Source of the DNA: an uncultured Actinomycetota bacterium
GTDB taxonomy: Bacteria > Actinomycetota > Actinomycetes > Actinomycetales > Microbacteriaceae
DNA length: 64,000 nt
Assembly: GCA_963779775.1 (NCBI GenBank)
Contig: CAVZZQ010000004.1
Coordinates: forward strand, 26,708 to 90,707
Direction: 5' to 3'
Part shown: positions 9,429 through 19,393 of the stretch, piece after piece
Layout: each line of letters starts with the position of its first letter
How positions within the stretch are numbered: position 1 is the first letter of the stretch
Position numbers and translations under genes: made by a program
Notes under the pieces: model-generated
Told to the model about the DNA's origin: nothing
What the model saw: only the letters and a program-made list of their open reading frames with translations
Databases searched by the model: none

Positions 9429-10772
9429 TCAGACCGCAGCCGGCACCTGGTGACGCGCGGCGCGGAACGCGAGCGCGGCGACTCCGCCCCCCGCCACGAC
9501 GAACAGCAGGCCGACCAGGCCCCAGCCCGGCCAGCCCCACGCGATCGCCGTCGCGGCGATCAACGCCGGGCCGACGGCCGAGCCGAGTCCGTAGCTCGTG
9601 CCGAAGACGCCCTGGTAACTGCCGACCGTGACCGGATCGGCCAGTTCGAAGCTCAGCCCCCAGATACCGGCCAGCGAGAGCACCTCCGCCACCGCTGCGA
9701 TCGTCGACGCCGCGACCAGTGCGACACAGGCCCAGAACACGGGGACGCCACTGGCGGCGGCGTACGCGGCGCACGCGATCGCGAGCAGCACTCCGCTCAA
9801 CAGGGTGACCCATCCTGCGGTCCGGAAACGGTGCGTGTTTCGCGAGAGAGGAACCGTGAGCACAACGACGACGATCGTATTGAGGATGAGCAGCACCGAG
9901 ATGATCGCGTGCGGAGCGGTGGTGGCCCGCGCGACCCACAGTGGCATCCCGATCTCTTGGATCGTGAATTGCACCGTGAACGCGGCGCTCAGGACGCAGA
10001 GCACCAGGTAGCGCGGATCGCGCCAGGGCGAGTGAGCCCGCAAGACCGTTCGGTGCCGGTTGCGCTTCTCCTGGGCGCTCTCGAGGGCGGTCTCGGCGAC
10101 CGGCAGCTGCTCATCGATCGGCAGCAGTTCGTCGACCCGGTCGACATCAGCATCCGGCTCCAACCCGCGCGCCATCGGGGCGTCGACGCCGACGGGAAGC
10201 CGGAACAGGCTCAACTGGGCGGCCGTCACCACCACGGCCGCGATGACGAAGGAGAGGCGGTAGGAGTCGGCTGTCCCGATCACCAGCGGAATGCTCGCGA
10301 CTCCCGCCCCGATGCCGATGCCGATGTTGGTCAGGGTGCGCAGCACCGCGCGCGCTCGCACTCCAGGGGCACCCGAAAAGGCGCGCCCCAGGATCGCACT
10401 CTGCGCCGAGTGCCCCAGAGCGCCGGTCGCGCCCTGGACGACCGCGATGACGAGCGCCAGCCACACCTCATGCACCAGGACGTATCCGGCGAGCGTGATT
10501 CCGTTGACCAGCATGGCCACGGCCGTCATGCGCCGGGCGCTGACCCGGTCAGACAGGTGGCCGCCGATGAGCGCGAACACGATCGAGGTCACGCTGGCCG
10601 CGCCGAACACCAGCGCGATCTGAGCCGGGTCGAGCTTGATGATGAAACCCAGGTAAAGGGTCGTCAGAGTGAGGAAAACCCCCCGGCCGAGCGTGGAGAA
10701 GAAGGTCGAAGTGGCAAGGATTCGCAGAACGGGATCGTCGATGCGGACGCGTTCGGCGATCGTGGCGGTCAT
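9429..10772 (-). CDS. MFS transporter (paralog 1)
   Basis: GGHLSDRVSARR motif A; clearly homologous to the adjacent MFS gene. Confidence 0.9.
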   Translation of the reverse strand: MTATIAERVRIDDPVLRILATSTFFSTLGRGVFLTLTTLYLGFIIKLDPAQIALVFGAASVTSIVFALIGGHLSDRVSARRMTAVAMLVNGITLAGYVLVHEVWLALVIAVVQGATGALGHSAQSAILGRAFSGAPGVRARAVLRTLTNIGIGIGAGVASIPLVIGTADSYRLSFVIAAVVVTAAQLSLFRLPVGVDAPMARGLEPDADVDRVDELLPIDEQLPVAETALESAQEKRNRHRTVLRAHSPWRDPRYLVLCVLSAAFTVQFTIQEIGMPLWVARATTAPHAIISVLLILNTIVVVVLTVPLSRNTHRFRTAGWVTLLSGVLLAIACAAYAAASGVPVFWACVALVAASTIAAVAEVLSLAGIWGLSFELADPVTVGSYQGVFGTSYGLGSAVGPALIAATAIAWGWPGWGLVGLLFVVAGGGVAALAFRAARHQVPAAV

Positions 10773-10830
10773 CTGCACAGTATTCGGCAGACCGGCGACA
10801 ACGACCAAGGGGCCGCCGACCGACGAGTGG

Positions 10831-12108
10831 CTATGCGGACTTCTCGGTGCGGCGAGCCGCGCGCGGCACGATCGTCGGGGCTGCGTTCTCGAGCACGGCA
10901 CCCTTCGTGACGACGACTCGGGCGACCTCGTCGCTCGACGGCACCTCGAACATGATCGGTCCGAGCACCTCTTCGAGAATCGCACGGAGACCGCGCGCAC
11001 CGGTCTGTCGCAGCACGGCAAGATCGGCGATCGCCTCGAGGGCGTCCTCCTCGAACTCGAGCTCGACGCCGTCGATCTGGAACATGCGCTGGTACTGCCG
11101 CACCAGGGCGTTCTTCGGCACGGTCAAGATCTCCATGAGCGCGTGCTGGTCGAGCGGAGTCACCGTCGTGACGACGGGGAGACGCCCGATGAACTCGGGG
11201 ATGAGGCCGAACTTGTGCAGGTCTTCGGGAAGCACCTCGCTGAACAGGGTGGCCTCGTCGCGCTTGGAGTGCAGCGGGGCGCCGAAGCCGATCCCGCGGC
11301 GGCCGACGCGGGCCGAGATGATGTCTTCGAGACCCGAGAACGCACCGGCCACGATGAACAGCACATTCGTCGTGTCGATCTGGATGAACTCCTGATGCGG
11401 GTGCTTGCGACCGCCCTGCGGCGGAACCGAGGCCACGGTGCCCTCGAGAATCTTGAGCAGCGCCTGCTGCACACCCTCACCCGAGACATCGCGGGTGATC
11501 GACGGGTTCTCGGCCTTGCGGGCGATCTTGTCGACCTCGTCGATGTAGATGATGCCGTTCTCGGCGCGCTTGACGTCGTAGTCGGCGGCCTGGATGAGCT
11601 TGAGCAGGATGTTCTCGACGTCTTCACCGACGTAGCCCGCTTCGGTGAGGGCCGTGGCATCGGCCACCGCGAACGGCACGTTGAGCCGCTTCGCGAGGGT
11701 CTGCGCCAGGTAGGTCTTGCCGCATCCGGTCGGACCGATCAGCAGGATGTTGCTCTTCGCGATCTCGATGTCGTCGATGACGGCGTCGGCCGCGCTGAGC
11801 GTCGACCGGGCGCGAACGCGCTTGTAGTGGTTGTACACCGCGACCGAGAGTGCGCGCTTTGCGGGCTCCTGGCCGATGACGTACTCCTCGAGGAACGAGA
11901 AGATCTCTTTCGGCTTCGGCAGGTCGAACTCGCTCGAGACCTCTTCGCCCGCCTCGGCAAGACGCTCTTCGATGATCTCGTTGCAGAGCTCGACGCACTC
12001 GTCGCAGATGTACACACCGGGACCGGCGATCAGCTGCTGGACCTGCTTCTGAGACTTGCCACAAAAGGAGCACTTGAGCAGGTCAGCGCTCTCCCCGATG
12101 CGTGCCAT
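10831..12108 (-). CDS. clpX: ATP-dependent Clp protease ATP-binding subunit ClpX
   Basis: CSFCGK zinc finger, GPTGCGKT Walker [18 protein letters not shown] loop. Confidence 0.98.
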   Translation of the reverse strand: MARIGESADLLKCSFCGKSQKQVQQLIAGPGVYICDECVELCNEIIEERLAEAGEEVSSEFDLPKPKEIFSFLEEYVIGQEPAKRALSVAVYNHYKRVRARSTLSAADAVIDDIEIAKSNILLIGPTGCGKTYLAQTLAKRLNVPFAVADATALTEAGYVGEDVENILLKLIQAADYDVKRAENGIIYIDEVDKIARKAENPSITRDVSGEGVQQALLKILEGTVASVPPQGGRKHPHQEFIQIDTTNVLFIVAGAFSGLEDIISARVGRRGIGFGAPLHSKRDEATLFSEVLPEDLHKFGLIPEFIGRLPVVTTVTPLDQHALMEILTVPKNALVRQYQRMFQIDGVELEFEEDALEAIADLAVLRQTGARGLRAILEEVLGPIMFEVPSSDEVARVVVTKGAVLENAAPTIVPRAARRTEKSA

Positions 12109-12191
12109 GCATTCGAGCCTAACCCGAACCACCAACGGCGACCTGCAGTGTGGGGAAATGCCTCATCGGCGCGTCGTCGTAGGCTGGATCC

Positions 12192-12824
12192 ATGCCCACG
12201 GCCGCGAGAGCGCAGCGATTGGCCCGCGGTTGGATCGTCGGCCTCGTCGCCACGACGGTCGCGGCCGTGTCGCATTCGCTCGCGGGCGGCCACCAGCCGG
12301 GCCTGCTGAGCTTCGGAACCGCGCTGGTGTTCGCCGGCATGCTCGGTACCCTGGTGATCGGCCGCACGCCGTCGCTGCTGCGGCTCGGCGTCGCGGTCGC
12401 AGTGTCGCAACTCGCGTTCCACCTGTTGTTCTCGCTGCTCGGAAACGGCGGGGTCACTGCTTCGTCGACCGGCTCCGGCGGAGGCATGGCGGGGATGCCG
12501 GGGATGCCGATGGATGCCGCCCCCGCCACCGCTCCCCTAGCGATGAACGCTCACAACCACCTCGCAGATCCCGGCATGTGGATCGCCCACGCCCTCGCTG
12601 CGGCCCTGACCGTCCTGTTCCTGCGCCGGGCGGAACTCGCCGTCTGGACCATGCTCATGCGACTGGGCCGCCTCGTGGTGACCCGCCTGACGGTCGTGCT
12701 CGCCCCGGTGGCGACGGTCGCGGCGCGGCGCATCCCGTCGCGTCCGACCATCGAGGCCGGGCCCGTCAAACGGCTGCTGGTCGCGTCCGCGTCTCGACGC
12801 GGTCCCCCGCTGTTCGCGTTCTGA
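12192..12824 (+). CDS. His/Met-rich membrane protein, first gene of a copper-handling cluster
   Basis: SHSLAGG, QLAFH, GMAGMPGMPM, MWIAHALAA; upstream of ycnI and copC-like genes. Confidence 0.75.
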   Translation: MPTAARAQRLARGWIVGLVATTVAAVSHSLAGGHQPGLLSFGTALVFAGMLGTLVIGRTPSLLRLGVAVAVSQLAFHLLFSLLGNGGVTASSTGSGGGMAGMPGMPMDAAPATAPLAMNAHNHLADPGMWIAHALAAALTVLFLRRAELAVWTMLMRLGRLVVTRLTVVLAPVATVAARRIPSRPTIEAGPVKRLLVASASRRGPPLFAF

Positions 12825-12908
12825 ACCCTCACAGGCGGCGCCCACCGGGTGTCGCCCGGCGTCGCGTGCGCGCGCATCCAGAATTCGTAGACAGGACAAC
12901 ACCAACGC

Positions 12909-13634
12909 ATGAATCACTCATTCCGCCGACGATTCGCCGTCGGCTCCCTCGCGCTCGGCGCGGCAACGCTGCTGGCGATCTCGGCGCCGCTGAGCGCCAG
13001 CGCTCATGTCTCCCTGGAGGAGAACACCGCGGCGCCCGGCACCTTCACCACCCTGACCTTCCGGGTGCCCAACGAGTCCACCGCCGCGTCGACCACCAAG
13101 CTCACCGTGACGCTGCCGGAGGGCACGTCGCTGCTGAGCAGTGTGAGCTACATCCCGGTGCCTGGGTGGACGACCGACCTGGTCACCAGCAAGCTCGCGA
13201 CACCGATCACGACGGGTGACAGCACCATCACCGAAGCCGTCACCCAGGTGATCTGGACCGCCGACTCGAGTTCGGGATACGGCCCGGGCAGTCAGGGCAT
13301 CTTCAAGCTCTTCGTCGGACCGGTGCCTGATGTCGGCCAGCTGAAGCTGCCGGTCGACCAGGGCTACAGCGACGGCACCGCCGCGTCGTGGAGCGGCGGC
13401 GCAAAATCCGAGCATCCCGCCCCTGTGCTGTACATCGATGACAAGCCGGTCGCCGACGGCGACCCCGACAGCGCCCCGATCGCCACCGTCGGTGCCACCG
13501 CGAGCCCGACGGCCCAGCCGGATGCCGTGGCGCGCGTGGTCGGAGGAGTCGGCCTACTGCTCGGCGCCATCGCCCTGGTCATCGCGATCGCCGGCCGCTC
13601 GTCGAACGGCCGACGCCAGAAGAAGGTGAGCTAG
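12909..13634 (+). CDS. YcnI (DUF1775) family copper-binding membrane-anchored protein
   Basis: Signal peptide then ASA-HV, FRVPNE, Q-x-YSDG...W, HPAP, C-terminal TM helix. Confidence 0.88.
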   Translation: MNHSFRRRFAVGSLALGAATLLAISAPLSASAHVSLEENTAAPGTFTTLTFRVPNESTAASTTKLTVTLPEGTSLLSSVSYIPVPGWTTDLVTSKLATPITTGDSTITEAVTQVIWTADSSSGYGPGSQGIFKLFVGPVPDVGQLKLPVDQGYSDGTAASWSGGAKSEHPAPVLYIDDKPVADGDPDSAPIATVGATASPTAQPDAVARVVGGVGLLLGAIALVIAIAGRSSNGRRQKKVS

Positions 13635-13636
13635 CG

Positions 13637-14281
13637 ATGCGGCGCGGCCCTGCCGTCGTGCTGGCGCTCGCGCTCGGCATCGTGGGCGTCGTGGCGGTCG
13701 CCGAGCCTGCGGTGGCTCACAACCAGATCGTGTCGTCGACACCGGCACCGAATCAGACGCTGACCGCTCTGCCTGCGCAGTTCGAGATCGACACGAACAA
13801 CGCGCTGCTCGACATCGGCGGCACGGGCCGCGGCTTCGCCTTCGAGATCCAGGATGCCGCCGGCGCGTACTACCAGACCGGCTGCGTCTCGATCGTCGAC
13901 GACAACATGTTCACCGATGCCAGGCTCGGTGCCCCGGGGGCGTACACGATCATCTACCAGCTGGTGTCGTCAGACGGGCACACCGTCAGCGGCCGGATTC
14001 CGTTCACCTGGTCTCCTTCTAGCTCCGCGGTCGTGACCAAGGGCGTCTCGTCTCCGCCGGGCTGCCACGGCGCACCGGGTCCGGCCAAGCCCGGTTCCGG
14101 CAACGGAGGAAGCGAGGGCGTGCGCGCCTCGACGGTGCCACTCGGCGACATCCTCTGGATCGGCGGGATCATCGTCGCGGTCGCCCTGGCCGTCATCGTC
14201 ACCGTGCTGCTGGTGACGCGACGTCGGCCGGATGACGAGCAGGGCGACGAGGGCGACCCGCCCGATCCGGCAGACGCCTAG
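13637..14281 (+). CDS. copC: CopC family copper-binding protein with C-terminal anchor
   Basis: AVA-HNQIVSSTPA mature N-terminal His, VSSDGHTVSG. Confidence 0.85.
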   Translation: MRRGPAVVLALALGIVGVVAVAEPAVAHNQIVSSTPAPNQTLTALPAQFEIDTNNALLDIGGTGRGFAFEIQDAAGAYYQTGCVSIVDDNMFTDARLGAPGAYTIIYQLVSSDGHTVSGRIPFTWSPSSSAVVTKGVSSPPGCHGAPGPAKPGSGNGGSEGVRASTVPLGDILWIGGIIVAVALAVIVTVLLVTRRRPDDEQGDEGDPPDPADA

Positions 14282-14688
14282 GTCTTCGTGATCTCGACCA
14301 GCGGGAGTTCGCGCCCGGCCTTCTCCTGCTGGTCGACGAAGAAGGGGTACTCGGCGGTCAGCTTCGCCCACGCCTGCTCGCGCACCTTCTGAGCCAGCAC
14401 GCGGGCCGCGCCGTCGTACTGCTTCGACGGTTCTTCCACATGGACAACCGGATCGGCAACGAGGTTGCGGTACCACTGGGGCTCGGTCTCGGCCCCGTCG
14501 TTCGAGGCGATCACCAGGATGCCCCGGTCGGTCGTCGTGAACATCACCGGCACGGTCATCGGCGCGAAGGTGCGCGCGCCGGTCGTGGTGAGCAGCACCA
14601 GCCGGTCGCGGTGCACGCCCTCGACGGAGATCTCGCCGCCGGCGCGGAAGTCGGCGATGACCTGCTCGTTGACCGATCGCATGTTCAT
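14278..14688 (-). CDS. Nitroreductase/quinone reductase, deazaflavin-dependent (DDN-like) family
   Basis: NEQVIADFRA, LVLLTTTGAR, IASNDG...PQWYRNLVADP. Confidence 0.85.
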   Translation of the reverse strand: MNMRSVNEQVIADFRAGGEISVEGVHRDRLVLLTTTGARTFAPMTVPVMFTTTDRGILVIASNDGAETEPQWYRNLVADPVVHVEEPSKQYDGAARVLAQKVREQAWAKLTAEYPFFVDQQEKAGRELPLVEITKT

Positions 14689-14779
14689 CCGGTCACGCTA
14701 GGCGGCGGCTCACCACGCGCAAGAGCATGGCCGCAACCTTCAGCCTGCTCACAGGTGAGTCGCCCGCCGGGCACACAGA

Positions 14780-14814
14780 GAGGGGCCCGGCGGGTGACTC
14801 CCACCGGGCCCCTC
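14780..14814. terminator. Hairpin downstream of clpP2
   Basis: GAGGGGCCCGGCGGG / CCCACCGGGCCCCTC inverted repeat. Confidence 0.65.
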
Positions 14815-14829
14815 GCGTGACGAGCCCGG

Positions 14830-15465
14830 CTACTTCACCAATGCCGGCAGGTTCTTGCGGCTGCTCAGCACCTGGTCGATCAGGCCGTACTCGAGGGCCT
14901 CGTCGGCCGACAGGATGGTGTCGCGCTCGAGGTCCTTGTTGATGCGCTCCAGGTCGTGGTTCGAGTGCCGCACCAGCGTCTCTTCGAGCCAGGTGCGCAG
15001 GCGCAGGATCTCTTTCGCCTGGATCTCGATGTCCGACGCCTGACCGCGGCCGGCCTCGCCGACGGCGGGCTGGTGGATCAGGATGCGCGCGTTCGGAAGC
15101 GCGAGGCGCTTGCCGGGCGTTCCGGCGGCGGCGATCACCGCGGCGGCCGAGGCCGCCTGGCCGAGCACCACCGTCTGGATCTGCGGACGGATGTACTGCA
15201 TCGTGTCGTAGATCGCGGTCATCGCGGTGAACGAGCCACCGGGCGAGTTGATGTACATGACGATGTCGCGATCCGGGTCCTGGCTCTCGAGCACGAGCAG
15301 CTGGGCCATGATGTCATCGGCCGAGGCGTCATCCACCTGCACACCCAGGAAGATGATGCGGTCTTCGAACAGCTTCGCGTACGGGTCCTGGCGTTTGAAG
15401 CCGTACGCCGTGCGCTCCTCGAAGCTGGGCAGGATGTAGCGGGACTCGGGCATGGGGATGTTCAT
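14830..15465 (-). CDS. clpP2: Clp protease proteolytic subunit ClpP2
   Basis: DPYAKLFEDRIIFLG, YINSPGG, GQAASAAA, ILIHQP. Confidence 0.96.
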   Translation of the reverse strand: MNIPMPESRYILPSFEERTAYGFKRQDPYAKLFEDRIIFLGVQVDDASADDIMAQLLVLESQDPDRDIVMYINSPGGSFTAMTAIYDTMQYIRPQIQTVVLGQAASAAAVIAAAGTPGKRLALPNARILIHQPAVGEAGRGQASDIEIQAKEILRLRTWLEETLVRHSNHDLERINKDLERDTILSADEALEYGLIDQVLSSRKNLPALVK

Positions 15466-15478
15466 TGTTCTCTGTCCC

Positions 15479-16069
15479 TTACTTCTTGTCTTCGGTGCCG
15501 CCGCCGCCGACGACGTCGGACGCGGACTCGCGGATGTGGTCGACGAAGCCGTAGTCGAGGGCTTCCTGGGCGTTGAACCACCGGTCGCGGTCGCCATCCG
15601 CGTTGATCTGCTCGACGGTCTTGCCGGTCTGCGCTGCCGTGATCTCGGCGAGGCGGTTCTTCATGTCGATGATGAGCTGCGCCTGAGTCTGGATGTCGGA
15701 CGAGGTACCGCCGAATCCACCGGACGGCTGATGCAGCAGCACGCGCGCGTTGGGCGTGATGTAGCGCTTGCCCTTGGTGCCGGCGGTCAGCAGGAACTGC
15801 CCCATCGACGCGGCCATGCCGATGCCGACCGTGACGATGTCGTTGGGCACGAACTGCATGGTGTCGTAGATGGCCATGCCCGCCGTGATCGAGCCGCCGG
15901 GTGAGTTGATGTACAGGAAGATGTCCTTCTTCGGGTCTTCCGCGGCGAGCAGCAGGAGTTTGGCCGCGATTTCATTCGCGTTGTCGTCGCGCACCTCCGA
16001 ACCGAGCCAGATGATGCGGTCTTTCAAGAGGCGGTCAAAGACACTCGGCGGGAATGGCGTATCGGCCAT
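15479..16069 (-). CDS. clpP1: Clp protease proteolytic subunit ClpP1
   Basis: [44 protein letters not shown]; the 1048-aa ORF in the track is an artificial tig-clpP fusion. Confidence 0.96.
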   Translation of the reverse strand: MADTPFPPSVFDRLLKDRIIWLGSEVRDDNANEIAAKLLLLAAEDPKKDIFLYINSPGGSITAGMAIYDTMQFVPNDIVTVGIGMAASMGQFLLTAGTKGKRYITPNARVLLHQPSGGFGGTSSDIQTQAQLIIDMKNRLAEITAAQTGKTVEQINADGDRDRWFNAQEALDYGFVDHIRESASDVVGGGGTEDKK

Positions 16070-16132
16070 GGGGTTGCTCCGTTTCGGTAGGTCGATGTCG
16101 AATCTACCGGCGGCCCCCGAGCACGATGACCG

Positions 16133-16149
16133 TGTTCGCCCTGGGCAGA
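16133..16149. promoter_or_regulatory. Probable ClgR operator upstream of clpP1
   Basis: TGTTCGCCCTGGGCAGA resembles the actinobacterial ClgR box (GTTCGC-N5-GCG); candidate -10 TAGATT on the minus strand at 16101-16106. Confidence 0.5.
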
Positions 16150-16222
16150 GGCCGCGCGCCCTTGCTGGTCGAGTAGCACCGCAGGTGCGTATCGAGACCA
16201 TCCCCTGGTTAGCCTGAATGGC

Positions 16223-16732
16223 ATGAACAGCGACTGGCAGCAACGCGTCGACGCGATCTGGGCGGATGCCGCGAACCTGAGCGACGACGAGCTCGTCTCG
16301 TCGATCGACGCGCTGGCCGCCGAGCGAGGGCCGAACGATGCCGTGGCTCTTGCGGAGCGCGGCGGCGCACGCGACTCCACCGGGCGGGAGGAGGAGGCGG
16401 TCCCGTTCTACCGGGCAGCCCTTGCCGCCGGGCTCGACGATGCGCGTCGCGGTCAGGTCGTCATCCAACTCGCCAGCACGGTGCGCAACCTGGGCCGCCC
16501 CGAGGAGTCGCTCGAGTTGCTGAGCGCCGAGTTCGCCGAGCAGCCCGACCATCCGCTGGCGGATGCCGCGACCGCGTTCGCCGCGCTCGCCCTGGCCAGC
16601 GCGGGTCGGCCGGCCGAGGGGCTGGTCGCCGTGCTGCACGCGCTCGCGCCCCACCTGCCGAGATACCAGCGCGCGGTCAACGCCTACGCAGACGAGCTGC
16701 TGGAGGCCAGGGGCAGCGGAATGGGTGCCTAG
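16223..16732 (+). CDS. Tetratricopeptide-repeat protein
   Basis: [47 protein letters not shown]. Confidence 0.85.
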   Translation: MNSDWQQRVDAIWADAANLSDDELVSSIDALAAERGPNDAVALAERGGARDSTGREEEAVPFYRAALAAGLDDARRGQVVIQLASTVRNLGRPEESLELLSAEFAEQPDHPLADAATAFAALALASAGRPAEGLVAVLHALAPHLPRYQRAVNAYADELLEARGSGMGA

Positions 16733-17256
16733 ATCAGTTTCTCGAGGGTGTTCAGGTTGCGGGTCGTGAGCCACGGCTTGAACGAGGCCTTCGACTGCGC
16801 CTTGCCCATCGCCGAGTCGAGCGTGCTGCCCTTCGGCACCGACCAGTAGATGACGCCATCGCCGGCTTCGGCCTGCTCGACCGCGGGATCGAGCTCGACC
16901 TCCAGCAGCTCGGCGCGCACCTCGGGCTTCACCGCGAAGATGACGTAGGCGTGCCGGTCGTCCGAGCGCGGGTACGGGTAGGCGGCGATGATCGCGCGGA
17001 TCGCATCCACCGTGAGCACGTGCACCCAGGCCTCGTAGCCGAAGCGCTCGCGCAGGGCCGACTCGAGGGTCTGCTTGGCGGCGGATGCGGCATCCCGAGT
17101 CGTGAAGAGCACGTTGCCGCTGGCCAGCACGGTCTCCACGTTGGTGTAGTGATCGGGCGCTGCGCCCAGCCCGCGCACGACCTCGGCGAGGTCGGCCATC
17201 TTGAGGTTGACCCCGCCGACGTTGACCCCACGCAGCAGCGCGACGTAGTCGGTCAT
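16729..17256 (-). CDS. DUF1697 family protein
   Basis: [31 protein letters not shown]. Confidence 0.9.
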   Translation of the reverse strand: MTDYVALLRGVNVGGVNLKMADLAEVVRGLGAAPDHYTNVETVLASGNVLFTTRDAASAAKQTLESALRERFGYEAWVHVLTVDAIRAIIAAYPYPRSDDRHAYVIFAVKPEVRAELLEVELDPAVEQAEAGDGVIYWSVPKGSTLDSAMGKAQSKASFKPWLTTRNLNTLEKLI

Positions 17257-17274
17257 CGTGCTGCGCGGATGCCG

Positions 17275-18625
17275 CTAGCTGTGGTCGTGCCCGGCGTGGT
17301 CGTCGAGCTCGCCGGCATCGGCCGCAGCCGACTCGTCGTCGGCCAGGATGCCCTCGGTCAGCGCCGAGACATCCACGGCCTTGCCCTTGGTGTCGACGAC
17401 CTTGGCCTTCGAGAGCACGCTGGCGAGCGCCTTGGCGCGCGCGACCTCGCCGATCATCGCGGGCAGCTGGCCGTTCTGGTCGAGCACCTTGATGAACTCG
17501 CCCGGCTCCATGCCGTACTGCGACGACGCCTGGATGAGGTACGAGGTGAGCTCGTTCTGGCTCGACCTTCACCTCCTCCTTCTCGGCGATCGCGTCGAGC
17601 AGGATCTGCGAGCGGAAGGTCTTCTCGCTGGATTCGGCGACCTCGGCGCGGTGCGCATCGTCTTCGAGCCGGCCCTCCTGCTCGAGGTGGCGGTGCACCT
17701 CGTCGTCGATGAGCCCCTGAGGAACCGGGATGTCGACCTTCTTGAGCAGCTCGTCGACGATCTTGTCGCGGGCCTCGACGCCCTGGCCGAACTCCTTCGA
17801 CTTGGCGAGCTGCTCGCGCAGATCGCTGCGGAGCTCGCCGATGGTGTCGAACTGGCTGGCGATCTGGGCGAAGTCGTCATCGGCGGCCGGCAGCTCGCGG
17901 TCCTTGACGGCGAGCAGGGTGACCGAGATCTGCGCCTTCTCGCCCTCGTGGTCGCCGCCGAGCAGGGGGGCCTCGAAGTTGGTGGACTCCCCCGCGGTCA
18001 GCGTGTCGAGTGCCTCGTCGATGCCCTCGATCAGCTCGCCCGAGCCGAGCTCGTAGGAGATGTTGCTCGCGTTGTCGACCTCTTCGCCGCCGATCGTGGC
18101 GGTGAGGTCGAGCTGCACGAAGTCGCCGGAGCGAGCCGGGCGGTCGACGGTCACCAGGGTGCCGAAGCGGGTGCGCAGGTTCTCGAGCTCGTTCTCGACG
18201 TCATCCACGCTGACGACGATCGGCTCGACCTCGAGCTTCAGGCCGTCGTAGTTCGGGATGTCGAACTCGGGTCGGGTGTCGACCTCGACCGAGACCTCGA
18301 GGTTGCCGCTGAAGTCGTCGACGCTCGGCCACTTGGTGATGTCGGCAGCTGGGCGCCCGAGCGGACGCACCTTCTCGGCCTCGGCGGCCGCGCGGTAGAA
18401 GGTGTCGAGACCCTCGTTGACCGCGTGGTTCAGCACCTCGGAGCGGCCGACGCGCTGGTCGATGATGGGCGGCGGCACCTTGCCCTTGCGGAAGCCGGGG
18501 ATGTTCACGTCTTCAGCGATGTGCTGGTACGCGTGGTCGATGCTCGGCTTGAGCTCTTCGGGCGTGACGGTGATGTTGAGCTTCACGCGAGTGGGGCTGA
18601 GCTTCTCGACGGTCGTGGTGACCAT
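17275..18625 (-). CDS. tig: Trigger factor, with an apparent 1-nt frameshift near 17562
   Basis: [10 protein letters not shown] signature and FKBP domain; reading resumes as [12 protein letters not shown]...EVARAKAL...HAGHDHS in another frame. Confidence 0.93.
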
Positions 18626-18676
18626 GGGGTGTCTCCGTAGTTCTGTTCGTGATCGTTCGTGAGTCTGAGGGAAAAG

Positions 18677-18750
18677 TCGGGGCGACAGGATTTGAACCTG
18701 CGGCCTCCCGCTCCCAAAGCGGGCGCTCTACCAAGCTGAGCTACGCCCCG
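18677..18750 (-). tRNA. tRNA-Pro(TGG)
   Basis: CGGGGCG acceptor stem, anticodon arm CCCGC-TT-TGG-GA-GCGGG, GGTTCAAATCC T-arm. Confidence 0.97.
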
Positions 18751-18878
18751 GATGTGGTGCGGGGCCCGAGCGGTGCTGCTCGACGGTGCTGCTCGAAAAT
18801 TGGCCCCCCGAAGTCTAACTGGTCTGCATCACCGCGTGCCTCCGGCCCGATGTCGGTGCACCGCCGCACACTGGAGCC

Positions 18879-19052
18879 ATGGCAGATATCGAGATCATGG
18901 AGTTGCGGGCCTACGAGCCGCGCTGCCTCGACTGCGGCGAGACCGGCCCCATCGAGACGAGCGTGTTCTTCGCGATGGCGTGGGAAGAGGCGCACGTCTG
19001 CGTCGCGGTGCGCATCGACGCCGACGAGTCGGAGCTTGCGGTCGCATCCTGA
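18879..19052 (+). CDS. Small putative zinc-binding protein (57 aa, CxxC...HxC), absent from the ORF track
   Basis: GGAG then ATG; MADIEIMELRAYEPRCLDCGETG...WEEAHVC...; GC-rich third positions. Confidence 0.6.
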   Translation: MADIEIMELRAYEPRCLDCGETGPIETSVFFAMAWEEAHVCVAVRIDADESELAVAS

Positions 19053-19115
19053 CCCTCACCAGGCGTCAGATTCCGGGGCGCGAACCGGTACTGTAGAGGT
19101 CGGTCTTCGGGCCAC

Positions 19116-19186
19116 GGGGATGTAGCTCAATGGTAGAGCCTCAGTCTTCCAAACTGATTACGCGGGTTCGATTCCCGTCATCCCCT
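19116..19186 (+). tRNA. tRNA-Gly(TCC)
   Basis: GGGGATG/CATCCCC acceptor stem, anticodon arm TCAGT-CT-TCC-AA-ACTGA, GGTTCGATTCC. Confidence 0.97.
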
Positions 19187-19321
19187 CTCTGATAAAGCCT
19201 CGACGTCCCAGGCGTTCCTGTGTCGCCGACGAGCGATGCCGCCCCAGGGTCTCCTCGAAGAACTCATAGTGCGGTTTAGTCGCGTCGCCTCAGAGCCTCT
19301 GTCCGACCGTCGCGCTACACT

Positions 19322-19393
19322 GAACACGCAGGATGCCCGCTAGGGTCTCCCGCACCTAGCCAGCAGCCCCGTTCATTCGGGGCTGTTGTGTTT
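19322..19393 (+). ncRNA. Candidate DUF3800-associated structured small RNA
   Basis: TACACT -10 at 19316-19321; stems GCTAGG/CCTAGC and CAGCAGCCCCG/CGGGGCTGTTG followed by TGTTT; abuts the DUF3800 stop on the opposite strand. Confidence 0.55.

Noticed and set aside
15479-18625. 1048-aa tig-ClpP fusion ORF
   Set aside because: Produced by a 1-nt frameshift in tig; the middle is off-frame or antisense to the DUF1697 and TPR genes, and clpP1 has its own RBS
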